Positions 50,101-62,100 of a DNA stretch of 64,000 nucleotides are shown piece by piece (the stretch's first letter is position 1; each line of letters begins with the position of its first letter). The position numbers were made by a program, and so were the translations under genes. Source of the DNA: Fibrobacter sp. (GTDB lineage: Bacteria; Fibrobacterota; Fibrobacteria; Fibrobacterales; Fibrobacteraceae); assembly GCA_045600425.1 (NCBI GenBank), contig JAZRXW010000064.1:15989-79988 (forward strand), given 5' to 3'. Below the pieces are notes generated by a model. That model was not told the origin of the DNA and made no database searches. It was given only the letters and a program-made list of their open reading frames with translations.

Positions 50101-53100
50101 TACCGGAGGTGACCAGAGCGATTTCCGGCGTAGCGTATTCATCCCAGACAGCGTAGAGTGTCGTAGACTTCTTACCCTGCAGGGTTTCATACTGCTTAAC
50201 AGCCTTCACGAATTCTGCATCGAACTTGTCAAAGTATACAGAGCTTGTCGCTGTGACGGCCCAGCCAAGGAGCTTTGCATCGGTACGGTAGATGGACTTG
50301 GGGAATTCGTTATTGGCAACACCGATGGTGTAACCATTTTCAGAACGCCAAGTATCACCATAGAATACCGTAGCCGTTGTATTTTCGTTGAAGGCGAACA
50401 AGTATTCGTCCTTCTGCACAGGACCTTCAATCATCACATCGCTCTTGGCAGTAAGGACATTGCCGTTTACAACCTTGACCACTGCACCAGCGGCGTTCTT
50501 TGCAACGTAGGCGCCATTGTCAACCAAGGAGTATCCCACCGCAGGAGCAAAGCTCATGGCAAAGGAGATACCGGCATTGACGGGAACCGTGAGTGCTGCA
50601 GAGCTAATACTGTAGTTCTTCTTGATACCCAAAACGTCATAGGAGAGCGTCAGGACACCAGAAGCAGGTTCGGCAAGAGCCACCGTGTAGTTTGTGGTGT
50701 TGCAGTTGTAGTCCCAAACCGCATAGAGCACGCCATTGTTTCGACTTGCTTCATAGGCGGTTGCAAGAGATTCGTCAAATTCAACGAAGGCATCTTCCAC
50801 ATTTGCCTTTGCGGTCAGAGACCAACCGGCAAGGCAAGCATCGGTGCGGTAGATTGCACTAGGCAGCTTGCGGTCGGCACCATCCACTGTATAGGTACGA
50901 GATTCGAACCAGTCAGATCCGTAGAACACGTCTTCATCGGAGTTGACGTTGAAGGCCATGCGGTATTCCTTACTGGTGTTCGGAATCATCAAGGCGATAG
51001 GAGCGTCAACCACGTTGAACTTGCCCTTATCCAGGTTAATGTCGTTCTTGTTCACGGTGTAGTAGAGTTCAGCACCGCTATTGACGTTGTAACCGGCATT
51101 TACGCTGTAGCTTGCGGTAAAGGCGATGTCTTCAACCACAGGAACAACCAGGGAGTTTGCACCCAAGGTGTATTCCTTCTGGGTCTTGCTGAAGGACTGA
51201 GTCAGAACCACGGTACCCACGGCATCGTTGCCCTGAGCGATAGTCGTAGTCTTGACAGCGCACTTGGTATCCCAAACAGCGTACAGAGTCGTCGGGACAG
51301 TCTTTGCTGCCTTCATAGCGGCGTAGAAGCTGTCGTCATACTGGGCGAAGGAATTTGCTGCAGTAGCATTTTCTGTCAGGCCCCAGCCTAAGAAGCAAGC
51401 GTCAGCACGATAGATTCCGCTAGCAAACTGGCGTTCAGCATCCTGCATACTCATATCGTAGGAACCGTTTTCGACCCAACCATTGGCGTAGAACACGTTC
51501 TTGTCGGTATTCACGTCGAAGGCAAATTCGTAGGATTCAGCACGGACCGGAGCCTTCAGGATAGTCTTGGAGGCCACCACAATGCTTCCGCTAACAAGAG
51601 CGCTCAGGTTCTTGCCATTGGCATCCACAGTGTAGAAGTAGCCATCCTTATCCATAGAGTAGCCCGGATAGGGTGTAAATTCCAGAGTGAAGGAAATGTC
51701 CTTATTGCCAGCCGGGACGGTAATAGATGCATCGGCACCTTCGATACGCAGGCGGTTCAATTCCGTTGCGTTACCGTCGGCATCAAGTGCACCGTACTGC
51801 ACCATTTCCATGTAGCCAGCAGCAAATGTACTCTGGGACACTACATAGGTCGCATTGCTGCAGACATCCCACTTGGGATACAGGGTTCCGTCATACTTGT
51901 CGCCATAATCAGCGACCGCCTTGACGAACTCGGTACCGAATTCAGAGAATGTCAAGTCGTCCTTAGAAGGATCCTGGACCAGAGTCCAGCCGGAGAGGCA
52001 AGCACCGTTACGGTACAGGTCCATGGGGAATGCAGTTGCATTCTTCAAGTCGAACTTCACCTTCTGAGTGGGAGCGTTCCAAGAAGGTCCAAAGTATACC
52101 AAATCTTCTGCAGTGTAGGAGTTGAATACGATTTCGTAAGTAGATTCAACCAGACTTACAGCCTTCACGAACATAGACTGGGCAACATTCAGATGACCTG
52201 CAGCCAGGTTACCCAAGGAAACGCCCTGCGGATCCGTGGAGGTCAAGCCTCTTTCTGCATTATAGATATAGCCGGTTGCTGCGGTAAAGCTTGCGGTAAA
52301 GTCGAAGCCGCCGCTTACCTTAGGCATATCCAGACCATCTCTTTCCACAGTGAAGCTACGGCCATCAGCCTGAGCAAGCCTCAGAGTGCCCTTGCCGTAG
52401 TCGAAGTTCTTCACAGTGACCACGGTCTGCTTGCAATCTTCATCCCAGACAGCGTACAGAGTGGAAGTCTTTTCTTCCATTGCGTCGTAGGCGGCGATAA
52501 AGTTCGTATCAAGCAGGCTAAAGCCAGTCTTTGCTCCGGAGGTCAATGCCCAACCGCTCAGGCAAGCGTCTGCACGGTACAGGTTCTTCGGGAAGGTGCG
52601 AGCGTTCACACCATCCACAATCTGCATGGACACTTCGTCAACCAGATCATCTGTATAGAATACGTTAGCGCCATTTGCGTTTTCATCCAGGCGGAAGCTA
52701 TAGGTATCGGTAACAACACCCGGAATCACCACCGCATTGGCATTAACCGTAAGACCCTTATTGACATTGGCCTTGTTTACCGTCAGGTTGCCATCGTAGG
52801 TATAACCCAGGGCCACCTTGAATTCGGGCACGAAGGTAAGACCCGTTGCAACACCATTTACGACGGTCGGGACAGCCAAGCCATCCTTACCCACTTCGTA
52901 GGTCACAGTTTCTGTGCCCACCTTGCGAGCAAGCTTCAGCTGACCTGCGGCCAATTCGTCATTGGTGACCATTGCGGTTTCAAAGTCAACGCACTTGGAA
53001 GCCGGAGTCCAGACAGCGTACAGAGTACCAGCGATACCTGCGGACTTTGCAGTTTCATAAGCCGCATAGAAGCTGTCATCGAACTTGGTGTAGCCCGTAG

Positions 53101-56100
53101 TAGCCTTGGCATTGAATGCCCAGCCGGACAGGCAAGCTTCGGCGCTGTAAACATCCGTCGGGAAGACCGCGGCAGTGGCGCTACGCTTGAAGGAGTTTGT
53201 TGCACTCCAGCTGTCGCCATAGAACAGAGTTGCATTACCCGCATTCACGTTGAAGGCGAATTCGATGGCGTCTGCATCTGCCATGGTTGCGCTAAACTGA
53301 GTTGCAGCAGTCAAGCTTACCTTGCCGTCGGTACCAATCACCACAGCGTCCTTGCCGGAGGTGGCACTCAACAGATCCAGTTCATAACCAGACTTAGGTT
53401 CAAAGTTTGCAGTAAAGTCAAGACCTTCAGCAACCTTCGGAATTTCCAAGCCGCTTTCGCCCACTGTATAGGGCTTGCCATTGTGGGTCAGAACCAGCGA
53501 ACCTGTAGCAAGGCTTGCGTTGGTCACCAGAGCAACATTGTTGGCATCAGCAGTCCAAATAGCGTACAAGGTCTTCGGAGCGCTTTCAAGAGTCTTCAGT
53601 TCCTTGACGAAGTCTTCGCTGTAAAGTTCATAGCTTTCGCCATTCTTAGCAAAGGACCAACCGGCCAGCTGGAAGCCTGCACGGTAAATCTTTGCCGGGA
53701 AGGTGCGATCAGATTCAGACATAGACATGTCGTAGCCGACCTTGCCATTCCAGCCATTGCCATAGAAGACGTTGGCACCGTTAGCATTTTCGTCAAAGAT
53801 GAATTCGTATACATCAGCGGTTACAGGAGCCTTGATGGTCATGTCGCCCGTAACAGTGAACTTGTCGCTCTTCAAAGCACTCAACAGCTTTCCGTTGGCA
53901 TCAACACTGTAGTAGGAGCCATCGCCCAAGGTGTAGCCCACACCCGCATCAAATGTCACGTTCAGTTCGATATCGCCATTGCCTGCAGGAATCTGCAGAC
54001 CGTCTGCCAGAACTTCCAGGGATTCTTCACCCTGAGAAACAGACATCACACCAGACTTCAGGCTTGCACTGCTGATGGTCACAAGATCCACATCTGCAAC
54101 CTGCCATACGGCATAGAGCGTGATAGAAGTGCTATTGGCAGCTGCGATAAGAGCTTCATCGAAGTCATCGAACTTCTTGGCTCCGCCCTTGGCGAGAGTC
54201 CAACCGACCAGTTTCTTACCCTTCTGGTAGATGTTGGTGGGAAGCACGCGTTCTTCCGCGGTCATATCCATGCTGTAGCCTTCGGAAGATTTCCAAGACT
54301 TGCCGTAGAATACCACTTCGCTTTCGCTGGCATTTACATCCAGGGTCACCACGTACTCCGGATTTTCAACACCGGCGGCTTCGACGTTCATGCTCTGGGC
54401 AACGGAAATCTTGCCGTCAGCGATCACATCAAGAGTGTTACCAATCTTGTCCATGACGTTGAATCCGGCGGAAGCATCGTATACAAAGCCCACATCGGCG
54501 GTGAAGCTAATGGCAAAGCTCAGGCCACCTTCGACACTGGGGATTTCCAAGCCGCCAGCCGGAACAACAAAGCTGTGCTCTGCATCCTGGCTGAGAGTCA
54601 AGGTACCCTTGCCAATGCTTACGTTAGCCACATTTACAACATTCTGCTTGCAGTTTCTATTCCAAACTGCGTACAGGTTCTTAGCAGTCTTTCCACCGGC
54701 GTTGTAGGCCACGATGAATTCTTCATCCAATTGCTTGAAGCCTTCCGTTGCATCGGCGGTCATAGCCCATCCGTCAAGGCAAGCACCCGTACGGTACAGA
54801 TTCATCGGGAAGGTGCGGGCAGCAGAAGAAGAGGTTACCTTCAAGCTGACAGCGGAGACGTAATCACCGGAATAGAATACGTTTGCACCGTTTCCATTTT
54901 CGTTCAAAGTGAATTCATAGGCATCAATCGTCGTACCCGGAACCACAACCACGTTGGAAGCGATGGTCAGACCTTCGTTGACCTGAGTTTCGCCCACCAT
55001 CAACTTGCCATCATAGGAGTAGCCGAGGGCAACTTCGAAGGACGGAACAAATGCCAGGTTCAGGGCAGTGCCGCCCACCTGTGTGGGAACCACAAGACCA
55101 GCCTCACCCACCGTGTAGGTTTCGCCGGAGCGGCTCAGGGTCAGAGTACCGTTGGAGTATTTCTCGTTCGTCACAAGTGCCGTAGCAAAACCATCGCACT
55201 TTTCAGTCGATGTCCAGACGGCATACAGAGTCTTTTCAACTCCGGCAGACTTTGCAGTTTCATAGGCATTAAAGAAGCCATCATCGAACTTCTTGAAGCC
55301 TGTGGTTGCCTTGGCATTGAATGCCCAGCCAGCCAGGCAAGAATCTGCACGGTAGACTTCCGTCGGGAAGGCAACTTCTTCGGCATTACGCTTGAAGGAA
55401 CCAGAGTTCTTCCAGCTATCACCGTAGAACAGGATTGCATTGCCTGCGTTGGTGTTGAAGGCGAATTCCAGAGCAGCCGTTTCGACCATGGTAGCCTTGA
55501 ACTCTGTTGCAGCGGCAATGGTTACAGAACCATTTTCAGTAATGGCAACATCCTTACCGGCGGCGCTGGCGGTGAGGCCACCAAGGACATAGCCCGGCTT
55601 AACCGTATAGCTAGCCACAAAGGTAAGGCCTCCAGAAACCTTAGGTATATCCAGACCCTTCTCACCCACCGTGAAGGAGTTACCCGCCTGAGTCAGGACA
55701 AGAGAACCTTCAACGAGACTTGCAGACGTTACCGTCACAAAGTTGTTAGCGTCCGGAGTCCAGACTGCGTACAAGGTCGTCGGAACTTCTTCAAGTTCGC
55801 TAATAGCCTTGACGAAGCTTTCGTCATAGCTCCTATAGGCGGTTCCATTTTCTTCCAGAGCCCAACCTGCAAACTGATACCTTGCACGGTAGAGAGCTTC
55901 CGGGAATGCCAGTTCTGCAGAAGACATGGAAATGTCGTAGTTACCCGAGGCAACCCAATCACTGCCGTAGAATACATTATCTGTACCGGCGTTCACATCG
56001 AATGCAAATTCATAGGCATTCAGTGTGACGGGAGCCTTAATCTTGATGTTACCTGCAATGAACTTGTTACCGGAGAGAGCAGCGACGTTCTTACCAGAAG

Positions 56101-59100
56101 CATCGACAGAGTAGAAGTAGCCGGCATCATCCAAAGTATAACCCAAGGCAGCTTCGTACTTTACAGTCAATTCGATATCGTTGTTACCTGCAGGAATCTT
56201 CAGACCCGTGGATCCAACCACCTGAGCCTTGTTTTCCACCTGGTAGACGTACATAGTACCGGAGTTGTCAAGGCTTGCGTTCTCGATGTTCACGAGGGCA
56301 ACTTCAACATCCTGCCATACGGCGTACAAGGTGAAGGCGGAAGTGCCCGCAGCCTTTACGAGAGCGTCATTGAAGGTATTGAAATATTCAGCGGAAGCAT
56401 CCTTAGAGAGAGCCCAGCCCATCAGCTTCTTGCCCACCTGATAGATGTTTGTGGGTAAAGCACGACGGTCATCGCTTTCATCCAGGTCGTAGTCGTCGGA
56501 ACCAAGCCAAGTCTTGCCGTAGAACACCAGGTCGTCGGCAGCGGCGTTCACGTTGAATACCACCTCATAGCGTGTAGAGGACAGGCTTGCAGCCTTAATC
56601 AGCATATTCTGAGAAACAACCACACGACCATTCGTGAGATTACCCAGAGATACGCCCTGCATATCAACTGCAGTCAGGCCCTTCGTTACGTCATAAGAGT
56701 AGCCAGCACCACCCACAAAGGATGCGGTGAAGGTCAGACCGCCAGAAATCTTGGGCATTTCCAAGCCTTCTGTAGGAACAACGTAGGAGTGAGCTGCATC
56801 CTGAGTCAGAGTCAGAACACCCTTGCCCGCTTCGTAATTCTTTACGGTAATGATAGTCTGGCCGCAATCCTTCCAGACGGCGAACAGTTCAGCAGGCTTC
56901 TTGGCGGATTCGTAGGCGGTGATGAACGCATCGTCAAGCTGAGTAAAGCCTTCCGTTGCGTCAGAGGAAAGACCCCAACCTTCGAAGCACTTGTCTGCTC
57001 GATACAAGTTCATGGGGAACTTGCGATCTGTTTCAGCAGAGGTCACCTTCAGATCCAGGGAAGCCACATAGGTTCCTGTGAAGAACACGTTTTGACCATC
57101 GGCATTTTCGTTCAAGGTCAGCACATAGGAATCAATGGTCACACCCGGAACAATCTCAGCATCGGCAGAGACGGTCAGTTCGCTTACCGGAGCACCAGCC
57201 ACGGAAAGTACGCCATTGTATGTGTAGCCAAGATTCTTTTCAAAGCTCGGTACAAACTTCAAGTTCAAGGTTTCGCCATTGACCTGAGTCGGAACGGTCA
57301 AGCCATCCTTCCCCACTTCGTAGGTCTTGGTAGCGCCATTCACGGTACGGCTCAAGGTTAGCGTACCTGCACCAAGTTCGCTATTGGTAATGGTTGCTGT
57401 CGCAAACTTACCGCAGTTAGCCACATCGGTCCAGACCGCATACAGAGTCTTCTCGACACCGGCGGCCTTGGCGGCCTCGTAGGCAGCGTAGAAGCTATCG
57501 TCAAACTTGGTAAAGCCTGTGGTTGCCTTAGCGTTGAATGCCCAGCCAGCCAAGCAAGAATCCGCACGGTAAATTTCCGTCGGGAAAGTAGCGGCATCGG
57601 CATTTCGAGTATAGGAACCAGAAGACATCCAAGAATCACCGTAGAACAGAACTGCGTTACCGGCATTTTCCGCAAAGGCGAATTCTGCGGCAGGAGCGGT
57701 CTGTTCGTTCATAGTAGCGGTAAACTCGGTAGTTTCCTTAATGATTACAGAGCCATCTTCAGCGATTTCAACGTCACCATTTGCGGTGGCGGCGGAAAGT
57801 TCCTTCAAGACATAGCCAGGCTTAGTTTCGAAGGCGGCGACGAAGGTCAAGCCCTCGGCCAACTTCGGAAGTCTAATACCATCCTGACCCACGGTGAAGA
57901 TTTCACCTTCGCGAGTCAAGGTCAAGGTACCCGTTGCAAGACTTGCAGAGGTGACCTTAGCTTCGTTCGTCGGATCAGCCGTCCAAACAGCCTTCAGTGC
58001 TGCAGGCACTGTGCCCAAAGCATTGATTTCTTCAATGAACTTTTCGTTGAATGCCACATAGGTATCGCCGTTTGCTGTCAAGGACCAGCCAGACAGAACG
58101 AAACCAGCACGATAGATGTTCATGGGGAATGTCAGATCGGCAGCAGACTTGGAAATGTCATACTTGCCAGATTCAACCTTGTTACCCACGTAGAACAGAG
58201 TATCATCACCTGCATTTGCGTCAAAGGCAAATTCGTAGCCATCGGCGGTTACAGGAGCCTTAATCTTGATATTGCCGGCAGTGAACTTATTTGCGGCAAG
58301 GGCAGCAATACTCTTGCCATCGGCATCCACAGAGTAGTAGTAGCCAGACGGATCCAGAGTGTAGCCTGTAGAGGTTACGTACTTAACCGTCAGTTCAATG
58401 TCGCCATTACCTGCCGGGACCTTCAGGCCTTCGGCACCTACACTCAAGGCATTATTTGCACTCTGGTACACAGACATTGCACCCGAGTTTTCAAGACTTG
58501 CATTTTCGATGGTCACAAGAGCCACATCCGTTGCCTTTTCCCACACACCCTGCAAGGTGATAGCGGTTGCACCGGACTTCTTCACGAGAGCTTCGTTAAA
58601 GTCATTGAACTTTTCTGCGCTAGCATCACCGTCGATTGTCCAGCCCACAAGCTTCTTGTCGGTCTGGTAGAGGTTCAGTGGCAACTTGTGAAGCTCGGCA
58701 TCCTGAGTCATGTCATAATCGACAGAAGACTTCCAAGCGTTTCCGTAGAATACCAGGTCACCTGTACCGGCGTTTTCATTGAATGTAACAGTGTACTTCA
58801 CCGGAGTCAGGCTGACAGCCTTCACCACCAGGTTCTGAGCCACATTCAACTTACCATCGGTAATAGTACCCAAGTCGTTACCCAATTCGGAGACCACGGC
58901 CAGGCCCAAAGTCTTATCGAAGGCGTAACCCGTATTTTCTACAAAGGTCACAGCAAAGGCAAGTCCGCCAGAAACCACAGGCACGCTAAGGCCTTCGGCC
59001 ATAACATCGTAAGTATGAGCGTCATCCAATGCTATAGTCATGGAACTCTTGTCGGCATCGAAGTTCATCACAGTGACTGTAGCCTGTTCACAAGGCTTCC

Positions 59101-62100
59101 ATACGGCATACAGTTCTGCAGGCTTGGTCGCCATAGCGTCGTAGGCGGTAATGAAGCTGTCATCCAGCAGTTCGTAGCCCACCTTGGCATCGACAGTCAG
59201 ACCCCAGCCGTCAAGGCAAGCATCCGTGCGGTACAGGTTCATGGGGAACTTGCGATCAGCTTCGCCGGAGGTCACCTTCATGTCTACGCTGGAAACGTAA
59301 GCTCCAGAGAAGAACACCTTGGCACCTTCAGCATTTTCATTCAGGCTAAACACATAGGAATCAAGTGTAGTACCCGGAACCACGGCAGCATCGGCAGTAA
59401 CCGTCAAGCCAGTGTTGACCAGAGTACCGTCCACCGTCAGCTTATCGTTATAGCTGTAACCGAGATTCTTTTCGAAGGTAGGAATGAACATCAGGTTCAA
59501 GGCAACGCCATTCACCTGAGTCGGGACAGACAAGCCATCCTCGCCCACATCGTAAGTCTTGGTTACACCGCCCACGGTACGGCTCAAGGAAAGCTTACCG
59601 GCGGAAATGTTGTCGTTTGTCACAGAGGCAACCGCAAATCCGGTGCACTGTTCCGCAGGAGTCCAGACTGCATACAGAGTCTTTTCGGCACCTACAGACT
59701 GTGCAGTCTCGTATGCAGCGTAGAAGCTATCGTCAAACTGGGTAAAGCCAGCGGTAGCATTCTTACCGAAGGCCCAGCCAGCAAGGCATGCGTCTTCGCG
59801 GTAAACTTCAGACGGGAACTTGGCGACAGCGGCATTACGCTTGTAGGAACCCGCTGTCGTCCAGCTATCGCCGTAGAACAGGACTGCGTCATCGGCGTTC
59901 AGGTCAAAGACAAACTTCACAGCATCCGGTTCCAGAGCAAGAGCGCTGAACTTTGTATCGGCATTGACTGTTACAGAATTGTCTTCGGCAATTTCAACGA
60001 CATCACCTGCATCCGTCTTGGCAGAAATCTGATCCAGTTCATAACCGGACTTCATTTCGAAGGAAACGTTGAACGTCAAGCCTTCTGCAACCTTAGGCAG
60101 TTTCAGGCCCTTCTCGCCCACAACGTAAGTCACATGGTCGCGGGTCAGAGAGAGCGTTCCCAAATCATGACTGGTGGAGGTCACTGTCATTACATTGTTT
60201 GCATCGACAGTCCAGACGGCGTACAACACTTCAGAAGGCTGAGCCTTATAATCTGCGACGAAGGCTTCGTCAAACTCGCTATAGACATTGCCGTCTTCCG
60301 CCAAAGTCCAACCGGACAGCACATAGCCAGCGCGGTAGATGTTCATCGGGAACTTCAGTTCAGCCGCATCCATAGAGAGGTTGTAGGAAGCAGATTCCAC
60401 CTTGTCGCCGACGTAGAACAGATTATCGTCACCGGCGTTTTCAGCGAATTCAAACTTGTATCCATCCAGAGAGACAGGAGCCTTGATGGCGATGTTTCCA
60501 TCCACCACGAACTTCTTGTCGGTCAAGGCGACGATGTTGTTTCCGGCAGCGTCTACTGCGTAGAAGTAGCCCACCGTAGAAAGGACGTAGCCCTTATCTT
60601 CCACGTAGGAAACTTCCAGTTCAATATCCTTGTTACCGGCAGGAACATCAATACCCAGGGCGGTTACGACCATACCGTCGGTCCACTGGCTCTGAGAAAC
60701 CTTCATGGAACCTTCTTCGGTACTTACAGAGCGGACCTTCACCGTTGTTACAGACTTTTCAGTCCAGACCGCATAAAGCTTAATGTTGTTAGAACCGGCA
60801 GCCTGGATAAGCTTTTCGTTGAAGGTATCGTACACTTCGTCGGAGCCGTCAAGCTTCCAACCGCTGACCACCTTGTTCACCTGGTAAATATCAGTGGGAA
60901 GCTTACGGAGGTCTTCGCTCTTGCTCAGGTCATACTCGGGAGAAGCATTCCAGCCCTTACCGTAGAAGACCACGTCGGTTGCACCAGCATTAACATCCAG
61001 AGTAATCGTGTAACCGGAAGCTTCGAGACTTACAGCCTTGATAATCATGCTCTGGGAAACATTTACGCTACCAGCGGTCAAGGCACCCAAGGAGTTGCCC
61101 TGCAGGCTAACAGCGGTCAAGCCCTGAGTTTCATCATAGACATATCCGGCACCAGCGTCAAAGGAAGCGTTAAACACGAGACCGCCAGAAACCTTAGGCA
61201 CGCTAAGACCTTCGGCAGGAACTTCGAAGGAGTGCTTTGCATCCTGAGTCAAGGTCAAAGTACCCTTGCCCATGTCACTGCTGTTGACAACCAGAATCGT
61301 CTGGTCACAGGGCTTCCATACGGCAAACAGTTCCGTGGGCTTAGTAGTCTTTGCGTCATAAGCGGCAATGAAGCTATCGTCAAGCTTGGTGTAGCCTTCA
61401 GTTGCATCAGATTCAAATGCCCAACCAGCCAGGCAACGTTCTGCACTGTACAGGTTCATGGGGAATTTACGCTGAGCTTCGGTTGCATCGCCCTGCAGGT
61501 CAATAGAGGAAACGTATGTTCCGCTGAAGAACACATTAGATGTACCAGCGTTTTCGTTCAGGCTAAAGACGTAGCTGTTCAAGGTTACGCCCGGCACAAC
61601 CTCGGCATCTGCGGTTACCGTGATACCGGAGTTCACCTGGGTCTGGGCAACCATCAGCTTGCCATCGTAAGTATAGCCAGCGACATTTTCGAACGTCGGC
61701 ACAAACTTCAGGTTCAAGGCGATTCCGTCAACCTGAGTCGGGACAACTAGACCAGAAGCACCCACCACATAAGTCTTGGGTTCGCCACCCACGGTACGGG
61801 TCAAGGACAGTTCACCGGCAGCAGGCTTGCTGTTGGTCACTGTAGCCGTTGCAAAACCAGTGCACTTTGCAGCAGGAGTCCAGACCGCATACAGGGTCTT
61901 TTCTACGCCGGCAGCCTTGGCAGCTTCGTAGGCAGCAAAGAAGGTGTCATCAAACTTGGTGTATCCTGTCGTAGCCTTGGCATTGAATGCCCAGCCAGTC
62001 AGGCAGTAGTCAGCACTGTACAGTTCCGTCGGGAAACTCGGTACGGTGGTGCTACGCTTGTAGGAACCCGTAGATGTCCAGCTGTCGCCATAGAACAAGG

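Noticed and set aside
47315-61750. Very long plus-strand ORFs (693, 649, 1421 and 1020 aa) opposite the giant gene
   Set aside because: Antisense shadows of biased codon usage. They have no motifs and lie entirely inside a well-supported gene.
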